DNA of 64,000 bases, taken from Podarcis muralis (Eukaryota). The translations under genes and the position numbers were made by a program. Below the pieces are notes generated by a model that did no database searches, was not told where the DNA came from, and saw only the letters and a program-made list of their open reading frames with translations. The DNA lies in the NCBI RefSeq assembly GCF_964188315.1, contig NC_135667.1, positions 26,226,001-26,290,000 of the forward strand, read 5' to 3'. Positions 11,001-22,334 of this stretch are shown here, one piece after another. Numbering within the stretch: position 1 is the stretch's first letter; every line of letters begins with the position of its first letter.

Positions 11001-14000
11001 GCGGCTGCGCCGCCGCTGCACGATTTCTGTTCTCATCCTGAAGCAAAGTTCTTAACCCGAGGTAATATTTCTGTGTTAGCGGAGTCTGTAACCTGAAGCG
11101 TATGTAACCTGAAGCATATGTAACCCAAGGTACCACTGTATAGATATAAACTTTCCTATTCACATCATTCACTTTGCCTTTAATGTATCTCAAGACTCTT
11201 TGTTGGTTTTGCTGCAAGAGACTAAAAGGGTGCTTTAAATTCATTAACTTCAGAGGGGAACATGCAGGGAAATTCATTGATCTATAAATACCAGTTGATG
11301 GCTGAGACGTACATGTCTATTGTGTGTTATGTAAAGAAATTTGTAAATACATACAGTATATTTCTGCATTAGTGAATGATAAAATAGAACACAGACTTGT
11401 GCAAAATATACCAATTCCAACGTAGCAGAAAATGCTAGGTGTGAATGAATGTTGTAATGTATTAAAGCATGTCAATATTTTTTTATAGGAGGGTGGACAA
11501 CAACTGCAATAAGGCCCCAGGAATCACATTCAGCCCTCCGATCTGAGGTTTCCAGTGCCTGTTATAACAGAATTAACATTTTGTATTCTCTCTATAATTT
11601 ATTTATTTCTATATAAGAAAAATAAAAAAACGATAATAGCATTGTCACTGACATCACCAATGGGCGGAATACTCCATCAATCCAAATTCAAAAGTATTGA
11701 TTCATGCAGGCAGTCCAAATGTCCAAATAGGTAACTAAATAAGACTGGTAATGATAAACACTGTGTTCAAATATCTCAAATTCCAAAGGGCAACAGAGGG
11801 AGAGTTAGTCAACACTTTAGCTTTTCTTCTTGTTAAAAAGGGGTGGGGAACTCACATGCCACATCTTTTAAGGTAAACTGACACTCATCTGAAAGTTGCC
11901 ACATACATTCTGAAGTCAGTGCTATCACATTTTTCAGATGGAATGTAATCACACCTTCCCTAATTAATATAGCTATTAAATACTTCTTCTGTTCATTACG
12001 TTGGCTAGCTTCTACTGCTTTACCAGAAAACCAGGGAACATTTTTAGTTATTCCAGACAACCCAATATATTAAATGGTGAAGCAATGGCTGTGGGAAAGG
12101 CTTCTATATATTTTTTCCACCATCAACAGACATTGTACCCTGAAGTGGATTGCAGCCTCTGTTTAGTTGTACACTTCACAAGTTTTCCAACAAAAGTGTT
12201 CTAACCCTTCCTATTACATGATTACACAGACCTCAAAATATCAGGGAACCACTTAGGATACTAAATATGATTGCATCAGCTTTCCTAATTTCAGAAGTTG
12301 ACCAAAGGTTTAACCAAATTGCCAAAATATATGATTGGAAAATCTCCAAGAACTCATAGAAAACCTTCCAGATCCTGGGGTAGATCATACAACAATTTCC
12401 CCCTCAAAGGAACATGTACACAAAATGTGCAGCAATCTTTAAAACAAAATGGCAAGTTTCAAACATAGATGATTGGAAAAGAAAATGCAAATCTGAAGGT
12501 ATTACACACTGGAGTACCTACCAGGTTGAATTTGTTGGGCCATATAATGTCACGTTCCTTCATGTAAACTTTTTGATTTGAGGAAGCATGAGAAACTACT
12601 CTTCCAACTTTTATTTTGGTGAAAGAATTGTTGGGGAAAATAACCATGTTAAGAATATCATATCCAATGGATGATTCCAAGTTTTCATTGAAATATATTT
12701 CATCTGCAGCACTGTTGTTAAAACGGATTTTTCTCAAAAAAGTGTGAAGCTAGATGAAAATGCAGAACTTCAGAATTTACCAAATAGAGAAAATGTTTGC
12801 AAGCATGTTCCTGGCAAGGCGATGCATAAATTTCAGTGCTTACAATAATTATGTTGTCATGTCGAAATGCATGTTTGATGGCAGTGGGGAATGGTCTAAC
12901 TATTGTTGAGTTGTAATCTTCCCTAAATTGCAAAGATGACACAATTTTTCAGCGCTGCTTTTTAATTGTGTATTCATAAATCAATTAATTAAAACACACA
13001 CACACCCTAGAATGAGTGCAACATTTTTACTTGGGTGTTGAATAAATGTACTCTACTAGCATTTCCCAGGTGAAACCTAGCATTCTTCCTCACTAGTGCT
13101 CCACACCATTGACTCTTGCTTCCAGGAAATAAAATGAAAATAGAGACACGGAGCTTTGCAAAACACAAGGAGGGAAGAGGGAGAAGGAGCAGAATAATAA
13201 AAAGAGATGACCAATGAAAGTACAGTGGTACCTCGGGTTAAGAACTTAATTCGTTCTGGAGGTCCTTTCTTAACCTGAAACTGTTCTTAACCTGAAGCAC
13301 CACTTTAGCTAATGGGGCCTCCTGCTGCCGCCGTGCCGCCGGAGCACGATTTCTGTTCTCATCCTGAAGCAAAGTTCTTAACCTGAAGCACTATTTCTGG
13401 ATTAGCTGAGTCTGTAACCTGAAGCGTATGTAACCTGAAGTATATATAACCTGAGGTACCACAGTATGTCCTACTGAGTTCCACAATTGTCTCAATTGTG
13501 TAATAGTTATGTATACTGAATTTTTAAATAAATCGCGAGACATGAACTTTTTAGCTTATCAGCACTTACCTTTCCTCTGTGCTGTCCAGGCACAGTCTGC
13601 ACTTTACAGGCAGAACTAAGAGGAAGTATCACATAAAAAATTTTCCCACACACATAACACAAGGTTCTAAGTTAATAATACCTTATTCAGAACTGTATGA
13701 TCTCTATTTGGTTATTTTTAACAAAAAAAGAGCATCAGTAAAATACATGGAAGGCTTTGTAAGGTGTACAGGGCAGCCTACCCAACATACCATGAGTACA
13801 CAATTGAGTGTCTAATTTTTTAGCCCATCTGTAAAATGCAAAGACAAGATCCAGCACACCTTTGCAAATAACTTGAGGTTATCTCATCTAACATTACCTC
13901 CCATTGTTCCATTCTCCAAAGGTCCAGTCTGAGTGCTTCTCCCATCAATACCCATCTAGAAGAGTACACGACATGTAAAGAATGTGCCATAGCATAGAGG

Positions 14001-17000
14001 GCATTATAGATAGCATAGCTCTCACCAGACATACTCATTTCAAATATAGTATTTGGAAGATGCTCCAGCATTTCCTCCCCAGAACAGAGATTGATATTTA
14101 CTTCAGCCGCAAATGAATTTGAAATTGAACACTGAAACATAGCATACCAGAACTGTTGGATAAAAAGGTCATTTTGGTGCTGGTAAGGATTGAAGTTCTG
14201 GAGAAAGCTCCAGAATCCTGGTACCTCCTTGCTGTGGATTGCCATGGACAAGGAACCATGGAAGATTTTGAAATCCCACTCTTTTAGCAAAAAGGCTGAG
14301 GTCAAGTCCCACTGAGCTGGAATGATCCAAACCTTCTCTAAGGGTGTCTTCTTGAATGGTTGATGTAGATATAATGTTAACTGAAAAACCTTCATGGCAT
14401 AAGTGTCTCCATATGCAATGATCACATTGGCTGTGGTCACGCTAAGGGCAAACAAAACCTCTTCTTTATAATGAAACTTATATCCATATTCATCCACTCC
14501 ACTGAAGGCAACACGTGGTGCCTTTTCTGCGAAAGCAATGCAGATGGAATTCCTACTGAACACTGATTTCAAGCGTAGCTCAAACTCAGCCCCATTGTCA
14601 TCATCGGATACAATGAGTCCAACCCATGTCCATCCAAAATACTGTATCAAGTGCACTATTCCTTCGTCCTGAGAGACTTCATTTGGAACCATTTGGTAGA
14701 AAAAAGGGAATTGAGGTTTATCCTTTAGTGCTGGGTGAACTGAACTATAACTGAGCTATGTAAGAAAGAACATAATGATTTTTTCATTTTTATTTTTTGC
14801 AGTTCTGAAAAAGACACAAGAGCTTAACCACACACAAAACTAATCCCAGTAAAACAGTTCTTTCTTAGTATAAGTTTGAAATTTTCACAGAAAAATATTC
14901 TTCTGAAAAAGTAGATAAGAAGGACCTGCCAGACTCCTTTTTAACTTTCTCTTCTTATCTTTCTACTGCTCTGCTAATCTTCCTTTTTAGTATGAATGGG
15001 GAGACACTAAGTGAAGAGATAAGAGCAAACATGGAAAAATGGAGGCCAATGACTCATCTCCTCCAGCAATCTCTGCTGCGATGCCTTCTGAATTATCAAC
15101 AGGGTATGGTGGAATTTAAAAATTGCTACTTTTCACATGAAGATTATAATTTCTATCCAAATTCTTATTTCAAAGCCACTCTAACGTGCAGCAGCTCCTT
15201 CATCATATTTGAATTATCATCTCTCTTCATTCAATATGTTAAAAACTTCTCAAGGAAAAAAATATAAATATTGACCAATTCTGAAATAACAGAAAATGTC
15301 TATTTTCCCCTCATTCTGAGGACATGCAGATGAAGAATGAATGGCTCAATGAATATCGTTTTCCAGCTGAAAGCCTTCAGACAGTGTTTGTCACTGCCAT
15401 ATCTCAAATTTTAAATAGAAGAGGGTTGGGACTGAAAATACAATTTTTCAAAAGGAAGAATAGAATGGTGGTGATGGTCTGGTAACACCATCAGTTGTAA
15501 TATCAAGTTAATACTCTTGACATTGGTGGACATATCTACACCTGAAACAACATTGCTTCTCAGGGTTGCATTCCTGGTTGACCTCAGGAGTGTTTTTGCA
15601 GTCCCCTAGGAAGAGATGGGAAGAAGGATCTGCATGGAACACCATGTGGAACAGAAAGATTGTTTCCCTCTGCAGGTTCTGTTTATGCTTGGAATTAATC
15701 AAGTCCCCATAGTTCAACCCAGCTACTGTGCCCTTACATTTATTTCCCCAGCCTAAAAAGGGTTTCTCTGCTTCCTTTATAGCAGGGAGGCTCATTCATT
15801 TCATATCACAGAAATAGTGGCAGAAAAAAGCTTCAGGTGTTTTCACCTGCATAAAGTTGCTATTAGACAGCATCAGCACCAGTGTGTGCATATGAAATAA
15901 CAGAAAATGGCTATTTCCCCCTCAATCTGAGGACGTGCAGAACTCAACTGGGAACTCAGCTTGTCTATGCTGAACAAACAAGTAAACCAAATATTCGGTA
16001 TACAATGTAACTTTTAAAGTCTGTCAGAATTTGATAGACCCACCCACTCCACAAAAAGAGAGGAGAAAGGGGAAAACAAAAAAAGGCCAAGAAGAAAAAG
16101 CAGCACTGAAACTTTCAGATCTATATAGCAGCACATGGTGTTTGTATTGATCTTCAACCCTTACACAGATTCAATGAGAGTTCCCCCCTGCTTTCCTTGG
16201 ACGAATATGATTTAATGTCCCCTACACACATTCCCACCTGGGGAATCTTATAAAGGCCTAAGACGTTGGCTATCTGCATGGAAGTGTCAGATGTTAGCCC
16301 TCCAACAATTGCTGAAATCTGGGGTTTCTTCCCACACTTGAAATTAGGGAAACTTTCTTTTTGTGACGACAAAAGGCTCAGGATGGTATCATAGCTCATC
16401 ATTTGAAGGTTGAAATTGTCATAGATGTGGAACCCCAAGGTAACATTGGGTAAGAGTTTTGGGTTCTTGTTGATCTCATCAATAGCAAAAACAATAGCAA
16501 ACACATGTTGGAAGCGCTTCAGCAGGGGCCTAAAAGGAAATAATTTCAGGATTATTTGTTCATTGTTACAGTATAGCTTTTGAAATCCAGGAGAAATCAG
16601 AAAAACAGTACAGTTAAACAAAAATCGAACATCAGTTGGCTTAACTTTCTATTGGCTTAAATCTTGCCAGCTAGAAGAGAATGGTTTTCAGTTACTTTGC
16701 CTGAAAGCATTTTTTTTAAGCTAACACACAGGACTCAGCTACATTAGTTTTAAAAAATCATTTTAAATGTGTTATACCACTGTGACACCATACGGTGTAG
16801 AGTTTGGCCTTTCGGCAATGTGATTTCCCATTATAAGGTTCAAAACGTGTTTTCCAGAAATGGTTTTTTGATGTGTTGAGATTCAGCCTCACTGTCAGGA
16901 TTGAGGGTCTGAAGAACAGTTTCAAGGGAAATCATTGCTCAGCTACAGAGCAGTCATAAAGCCACTGTGCCTTTATATGCTGCCTTGGGTTCAACCAATT

Positions 17001-17074
17001 GAAGAGAACATGAATTTTAGTTCATGAAAACCTAGGCCAGAATAAATGTTAGTCTTGAAATGAACTAGGACTCT

Positions 17075-17120
<46 letters not shown>

Positions 17121-17768
17121 AACAAGCAAAGGTAAATATTCCTCTGGAAGTTATGTGATGAACATGAGTTGAAATGCAATTTGGATGCATAGACATCAGT
17201 CACTTTGCAGTGTGTACATTTATCACAATGTGCCTGCACTCTTCCACACTGGTTAGCATGAACTATCCAATCTCAGGGCAGGATAAGAAATTATTTCTCA
17301 ACACCTTATTATCCCTTAGATTTAGTTACTTGGCACTGTTACTGTGACAATCATGTTTGAATCCTTCTGATTGCTCCATAACCTAATAAAGTACAGAGTT
17401 ACTGCATCACATTTCCTTGCATACCCTTAGGCAAAATCTCAAAGGACTCTTCTTTTGGTGTGGGAGTATGAAGAGATAAAAGTTCCTCAGTGCTGTTACT
17501 ATGGCATCAAACTTGGAATTTACGTATTTGCCCTACATTCAAATAAAGCACAGACTTACTGAAACACATTTTTCTTGAAACACATGGGTATAATCGTGAA
17601 GTTCTCATGTGAATGAACACTATCATGCAATGATAAAATTCCCCCAATGACATGCTTTTTAGGCTTATAATAATCAAAGTAGCAGTTGTTGTCTCCTCCA
17701 TGGCTCCCCTTGAAGTTGTCACTGATAGCCTGTGGCAGCAACAGGAGGAGCAGAAGCAAGAACAGCAT
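8046..17768 (-). CDS. Vomeronasal type-2 receptor (class C GPCR), intact six-exon gene, ~873 aa (V2R-A)
   Basis: Exons (minus): 17768-17560 (signal peptide [13 protein letters not shown]), 16529-16238, 14755-13898, 12749-12522, 10790-10664 (Cys-rich CNERCH...CCYDCFKC), 8953-8046 (7[29 protein letters not shown]). All introns are GT-AG with phases 2,0,0,0,1. Total 2622 nt, no internal stop. Confidence 0.93.
9329..10141. mobile_element. hAT-type MITE (intron 5 of V2R-A) carrying a nested CR1 fragment
   Basis: TIRs TAGGGTTGCCATAT...ATATGGCAACCCTA; 8-bp TSD TCCTTGAA (9321-9328) / CCCTTGAA (10142-10149). Confidence 0.85.
9691..9989 (+). mobile_element. CR1 LINE 3' fragment
   Basis: Encodes the CR1 ORF2 C-terminus ([52 protein letters not shown]) and ends in the CCAACTCTATGATTCTATTCTATGATT tail. 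Confidence 0.92.
10897..11138. mobile_element. Tc1/mariner-type MITE (intron 4 of V2R-A)
   Basis: TA-CAGTGGTACCTCGGGTTA...TAACCCAAGGTACCACTG-TA. Confidence 0.92.
13223..13464. mobile_element. Tc1/mariner-type MITE, sister copy of 10897-11138 (intron 3 of V2R-A)
   Basis: TA-CAGTGGTACCTCGGGTTA...TAACCTGAGGTACCACAG-TA. Internal sequence is colinear with the 10897 copy. Confidence 0.92.
16995..17075 (+). mobile_element. Decayed Penelope-like terminal fragment
   Basis: TGAAGAG...TCATGAAAACCT...AATAAATGTTAGTCTTGAA resembles the conserved end of reptile Penelope elements. Recognised from memory only. Confidence 0.4.
17077..17120. repeat. (GCT)n microsatellite in V2R-A intron 1
   Basis: About 14 perfect units. 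Confidence 0.95.
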
Positions 17769-19243
17769 TTTGGATCCCAGCAGTTTAGTCAATGACTCAA
17801 TCATTCATCCATTCATGTGCACAAACAGCTGAAACTACACTCCATGTTGTAGACCCGAGCATCTAATCTGACATTATTCACCCTCATTTTGGTGGAGCCC
17901 TTTCATGTTCATCCTTGCATTTCAAGGGCAAAGAGCACTTATAACAGATGTCATGGCCTTAATAACTATTATTTTCAATTGATATTCTGTCTATTATTTA
18001 CAATTTGGAAGCTGCATCGAGATATCCCTGGAGCTTTGAAATTAAGAAAACCTCAATCACCACATTTGCGATAATTATAAGGGAATTAATCATATTTCTA
18101 AAACCTTTTACATTTGGAGGTCTCTGTGCTGCACAACAGTTTTATAATTTAAAAAATATAACCAGACATTTACTAAAGGCCATTTATAATTGTCTGTGGA
18201 TTTCTAGCAGGTGTTTTCACTGTATTCTTTTTGGCACCTGCTAAAAATAATAATAATGCTTGATGGTTGGCCAGGGAAGCTGAGATTTAATTCCATATTT
18301 TCATCACAGACCACACTGTTACCAGACTGCAAAAGACTGAAGGCAGTCTTGAGCACAAACTCTAAATGAACGTTAACATTATTTAAAATAAATAGGGAAT
18401 AATGTCTCTGTGGAAAATGTGATTATATTGGAATAAAGTGCAGAAGTAGAACAGCCACTGAAGTAGTGGTATATGGATGTTGTGGGGCGGATGTGATGGC
18501 AATGATCAAGAACTCAGTGGTTCCAATTTATCCATATCTCTTTAATAGCCAAGAGCCTGTTAATTCACAACTGATGCTATCCAATAGTAACAGTCAATGC
18601 ATGGATACAAAATTAAACACATACTTTGTATAATGGAAAGTTCTATATAGGGTTAGAGATCAAAATTCAGAGAACTCAAGAAAAACGTTTTCAGTGAAAT
18701 AGCTTTCTTGCATCTGGGAACATTCACACAGCTACATATGGAAAGTTATACTGTAAACAGCTTTGGGGGTTTCTATAGTAATTGAAACATTCTTAAAGTA
18801 CCTTTAGTGCTCTACTTGTGTGTATTAGGTGGGGTTAGAGGAGAAACATTTTTTCTAAATTGCTACTAAAATGGAAAAACTGTCAAAAGAATATTGCAAT
18901 ATTTATGTATTAGTCACATTTACACACCACCTTTCCTCTGAAAATCTTAAATTAACTTACATAGGGTTCCGAGATGGTCCTCCAGGAACATCTTCAGAGC
19001 CAGCTGTTCTTCACTTCAGAGCAAAATTGTGCTATATAGATTCAGATTGTCTTCCAAGTCTATTGTCACCGTACTATTGATATTGTACATGTTTATGTTC
19101 CGCAGTTAGTAATAAAAAGAAATAATATGATCATGCAATTAAATACTATAGAAATTACTGTGATGAACTCTATCATGAGCCTTTAATTTTTGCACAGGAT
19201 GACAGTATCTCATAGACAACTTTCTGCTTTTAAAACAAGTATA

Positions 19244-20175
19244 TCAGCTGGACGGGATTAGTTTCAACACCGTCTTCTTGAGAGCTCCTTTCACTTCTTT
19301 GTTCCTCAGACTGTAGATAATTGGATTCAATATGGGAGTAATAACAGAATAAAAGAGAGAAAGAAGCTTATCCACATTCAGAGAGTAGCTAGATTTGGGG
19401 CGTATGTATATAAAAATGGCCGTCCCATAAAACAAGGAGACAACAACAAGGTGTGAGGAGCAGGTGGAGAAGGCCTTCTGGCGGCTCTGGGCTGATTGCA
19501 TCCTCAAGATGGTAGAAATGATGTGGAAATAAGACATAAGGATCAGCATGAAAGGCATCAGGATTACAAATGCAGCAGCTACAATGATTTGGATTTCGTT
19601 CCAGTATGTGTCCCCACACACTAGTTTTAGCACTGGCTGGATTTCACAAAAGAAATGGTTGATGACCTTGGAGTCACAGAAGGGCAGGTGGAAAATGAAG
19701 GTGGTATGACCCACAGCCACCAGACAGCCACAAGCCCAAGAAAAGACAGCGAAATGGACACATGCTCTCTTTCTCATAATTACCGGGTAGCGCAGTGGAT
19801 TGCATATAGCGAGTAGCGATCATATGCCATGATGGCTAGCAGACAGCACTCAGTGGCACCAAAGAAGAGGAAAAAATACATTTGAGTGGCACATGCATGT
19901 AAAGATATGGTTTTGTCAAGAGCGACAATGTTCTCAAGCAACTTGGGGATTGTGACTGAAGTATAGCAGATCTCCAGGAAAGACAAGTTCCTGAGGAAGA
20001 AGTACATGGGAGTGTGGAGGGCAGCATCAACACTAATGATGACAATGATGAGGACATTGCCAAATACAGTGACAAGGTAGATGCACAGGAACACTACGAA
20101 GAAAAGGAGTTTGAAATCTGAAACATTAGAAAAACCCAGTAAAATAAAGGCATTCACTGAGGTGCTATTTTCCAT
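19244..20175 (-). pseudogene. Olfactory receptor (family 10-like) with one 1-bp deletion; pseudogene or assembly error (OR2)
   Basis: MENSTS...[16 protein letters not shown]...MAYDRY in one frame, then RKRAC...KAFSTCSSHL...PILNPIIYSLRNKEVK in another. Restoring one G (TAC [G]TC GCT, ~19812) gives a 310-aa OR. Confidence 0.9.
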
Positions 20176-20264
20176 TGTTTTTTCTTTGATATCTTTTGTC
20201 CATGCAGTAGACTTGGAAGAAAAGGAGGGGGGCATAAATGAGAAAAAATATGGAAATGGAATTA

Positions 20265-20464
20265 NNNNNNNNNNNNNNNNNNNNNNNNNNNNNNNNNNNN
20301 NNNNNNNNNNNNNNNNNNNNNNNNNNNNNNNNNNNNNNNNNNNNNNNNNNNNNNNNNNNNNNNNNNNNNNNNNNNNNNNNNNNNNNNNNNNNNNNNNNNN
20401 NNNNNNNNNNNNNNNNNNNNNNNNNNNNNNNNNNNNNNNNNNNNNNNNNNNNNNNNNNNNNNNN
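20265..20464. other. Assembly gap (200 N)
   Basis: Run of N, seen directly. Confidence 1.
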
Positions 20465-20608
20465 CACCTCGCACTTCCCCCCTCCCACACATTGCAGCTA
20501 CTAAGCATACTTTCCCCCTTGCACCCAATTATGACATTCCCTCAAATTCTGCAGCCCTTTTTGTACCCCTGATTTCATCTACAACCCTGTTCCCATGTAT
20601 CTTACTCC

Positions 20609-20611
20609 CTT

Positions 20612-20641
<30 letters not shown>
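20609..20641. repeat. (CTT)n microsatellite in a pyrimidine-rich stretch next to the gap
   Basis: About 11 units. Confidence 0.9.
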
Positions 20642-20643
<2 letters not shown>

Positions 20644-21057
20644 CCTCATTATCACCTTCAACCTCTTTTACTCCTTCCTCCTTTTTTCACTACAAAAATC
20701 CTAAATGGGGTTAGGATTGCAGCCTCACCCTGCAATCCTGTATTGAAATGTTTGTTTATGTTGGTTATTAATCTGCTCTAATACTATAATATTGTTAGAC
20801 AGTTTTGATTTTCCTCAGAAAGGAAAAGAGTCCATAAGAAATGAATTTATTAAATTAATGGCGGTGTACTCAGAGTAAACCCATGGAAATTAATGAACAT
20901 GTTATTCTTGTCTATTAACTTAAGGGATCCACTCTGAATACCACCCTATCTGCTTCAGTTTTCCGCAAGAGCAGTCCCTGTTCCTGGAATTAAAGGGGCC
21001 TGCCTTCACAGGCACATTTCTCATGAGGTATATGACCAAGGAAGATGCAACTATTTA

Positions 21058-21950
21058 CCATATTTTTCGCTCGATAACACGCACCTGACCATAACACGCA
21101 CATAGTTTTTAGAGGAGGAAAACAAGAAAGAAAAAATTCTGAATAAAACAGTGGATGTATCATTTTTGTCCTTCATGCTGTGGCCACAGACATGTGATTT
21201 GACAGTGAGTTTGGGGTAGCCCAATGCAAAAATCCTAAGAATCCATGTGGATCTGTGCTTTATAACTACGTTTTTGCACCATTGTGGCCCCAGGCAACAG
21301 TGGGTGCGTGATTTTTTTGGTGCAGGCTGTAGCCATGGACATGCTATGTGATCTGATGGTGAATTTGGGGTGACCCAATGCAAAGATCCTGAGGATCCAT
21401 GTGGATCCGTGCTTTGTAACCACGTTTTAAGTGGGGAGGGAAGGAAAAACACAGAAGGGACAAGGAGCACGAGAGGGGTGTGCGGAGAAGCAGCTGGCTA
21501 ACAATGCAGGAGAGGGATTTAATGGGAGGGAGGAAAGGAAGGCAAAAGTTTTTCCCCACCCACCCAAGCCAGCCCCCCCCCCTCTCTCTCTCTCCCACCT
21601 GCATTTTCCGGCTGCCTGTGATGCTGGACGCAGCAGCGGAACATGGAGAGGAGGAGGTGGTGGTGTCGGCTGCGCTCCTAGCGGACGGAACCTGAGCTGG
21701 GTGGGCTGGAGTTTGAGCAAACACAGCAACTGAAAACAGTGGGCAGTAAGACCCTGAGGCAGAATGCAGGAAAGCAGCAACCTCCTCTCTTTAGCCTTCC
21801 CTCCTCCGTGATCTGATTTTTGCCTGATTTTTGCCCCTGTACTCGGGCCAGTCGGCTCCAGGGACCACACATTCGCTCAATAACACACACAGACATTTTC
21901 CCTTACTTTTTAGGAGAAAAAATGTGAGTGTTATAAAGAGAAAAATATGT
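21058..21950. mobile_element. Tc1/mariner (Tigger/pogo-like) non-autonomous element
   Basis: Imperfect TIRs CCATATTTTTCGCTCGATAACAC...GTGTTATAAAGAGAAAAATATGT with TA on both sides. Absent from the homologous V2R-A flank (ACCATTTATTGTCATC at ~7315-7330). Confidence 0.8.
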
Positions 21951-22334
21951 TAATTGTCACCTTCTGTATCTTCTCCATTTCTTCAGTATAGTTTTAGGCT
22001 AATAAAAAATATCGTAGATGTGAGTGGAGATAGTATTTGAACATTGAGTGTCTCCCTCCACAGTACCAAATATTCCCTATTCGATCCAGACAGATTCCAT
22101 TTAATGAGATAAATATTTAGCCAATTTAGCCAATTAAGCAGATAATCAGGAAGTATGGCACTGAAAATGAAATACATGTTGGTGCTTTCATAGTTTATTA
22201 TTCTCAGATAGGAACATAAGGTGTCCTGGACATTATGCAATTTAGCACATACAATATATAGTCCACTTCTGGGCTATGTCTTGCTGACTTGTTGCTCATT
22301 GCTGGTATCTCTTCAAAATAATCTTCTCTGTGGT

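Noticed and set aside
17857-17871. Shared GAGCATCTAATCTGA motif (TAATCT core) upstream of A and B as a regulatory site
   Set aside because: It lies in duplicated sequence where identity is expected by descent. The similar string in V2R-C falls in intron 1, so position is not conserved.
19780-20572. Long ORFs containing X runs
   Set aside because: Artefacts of translating through the 200-N gap.
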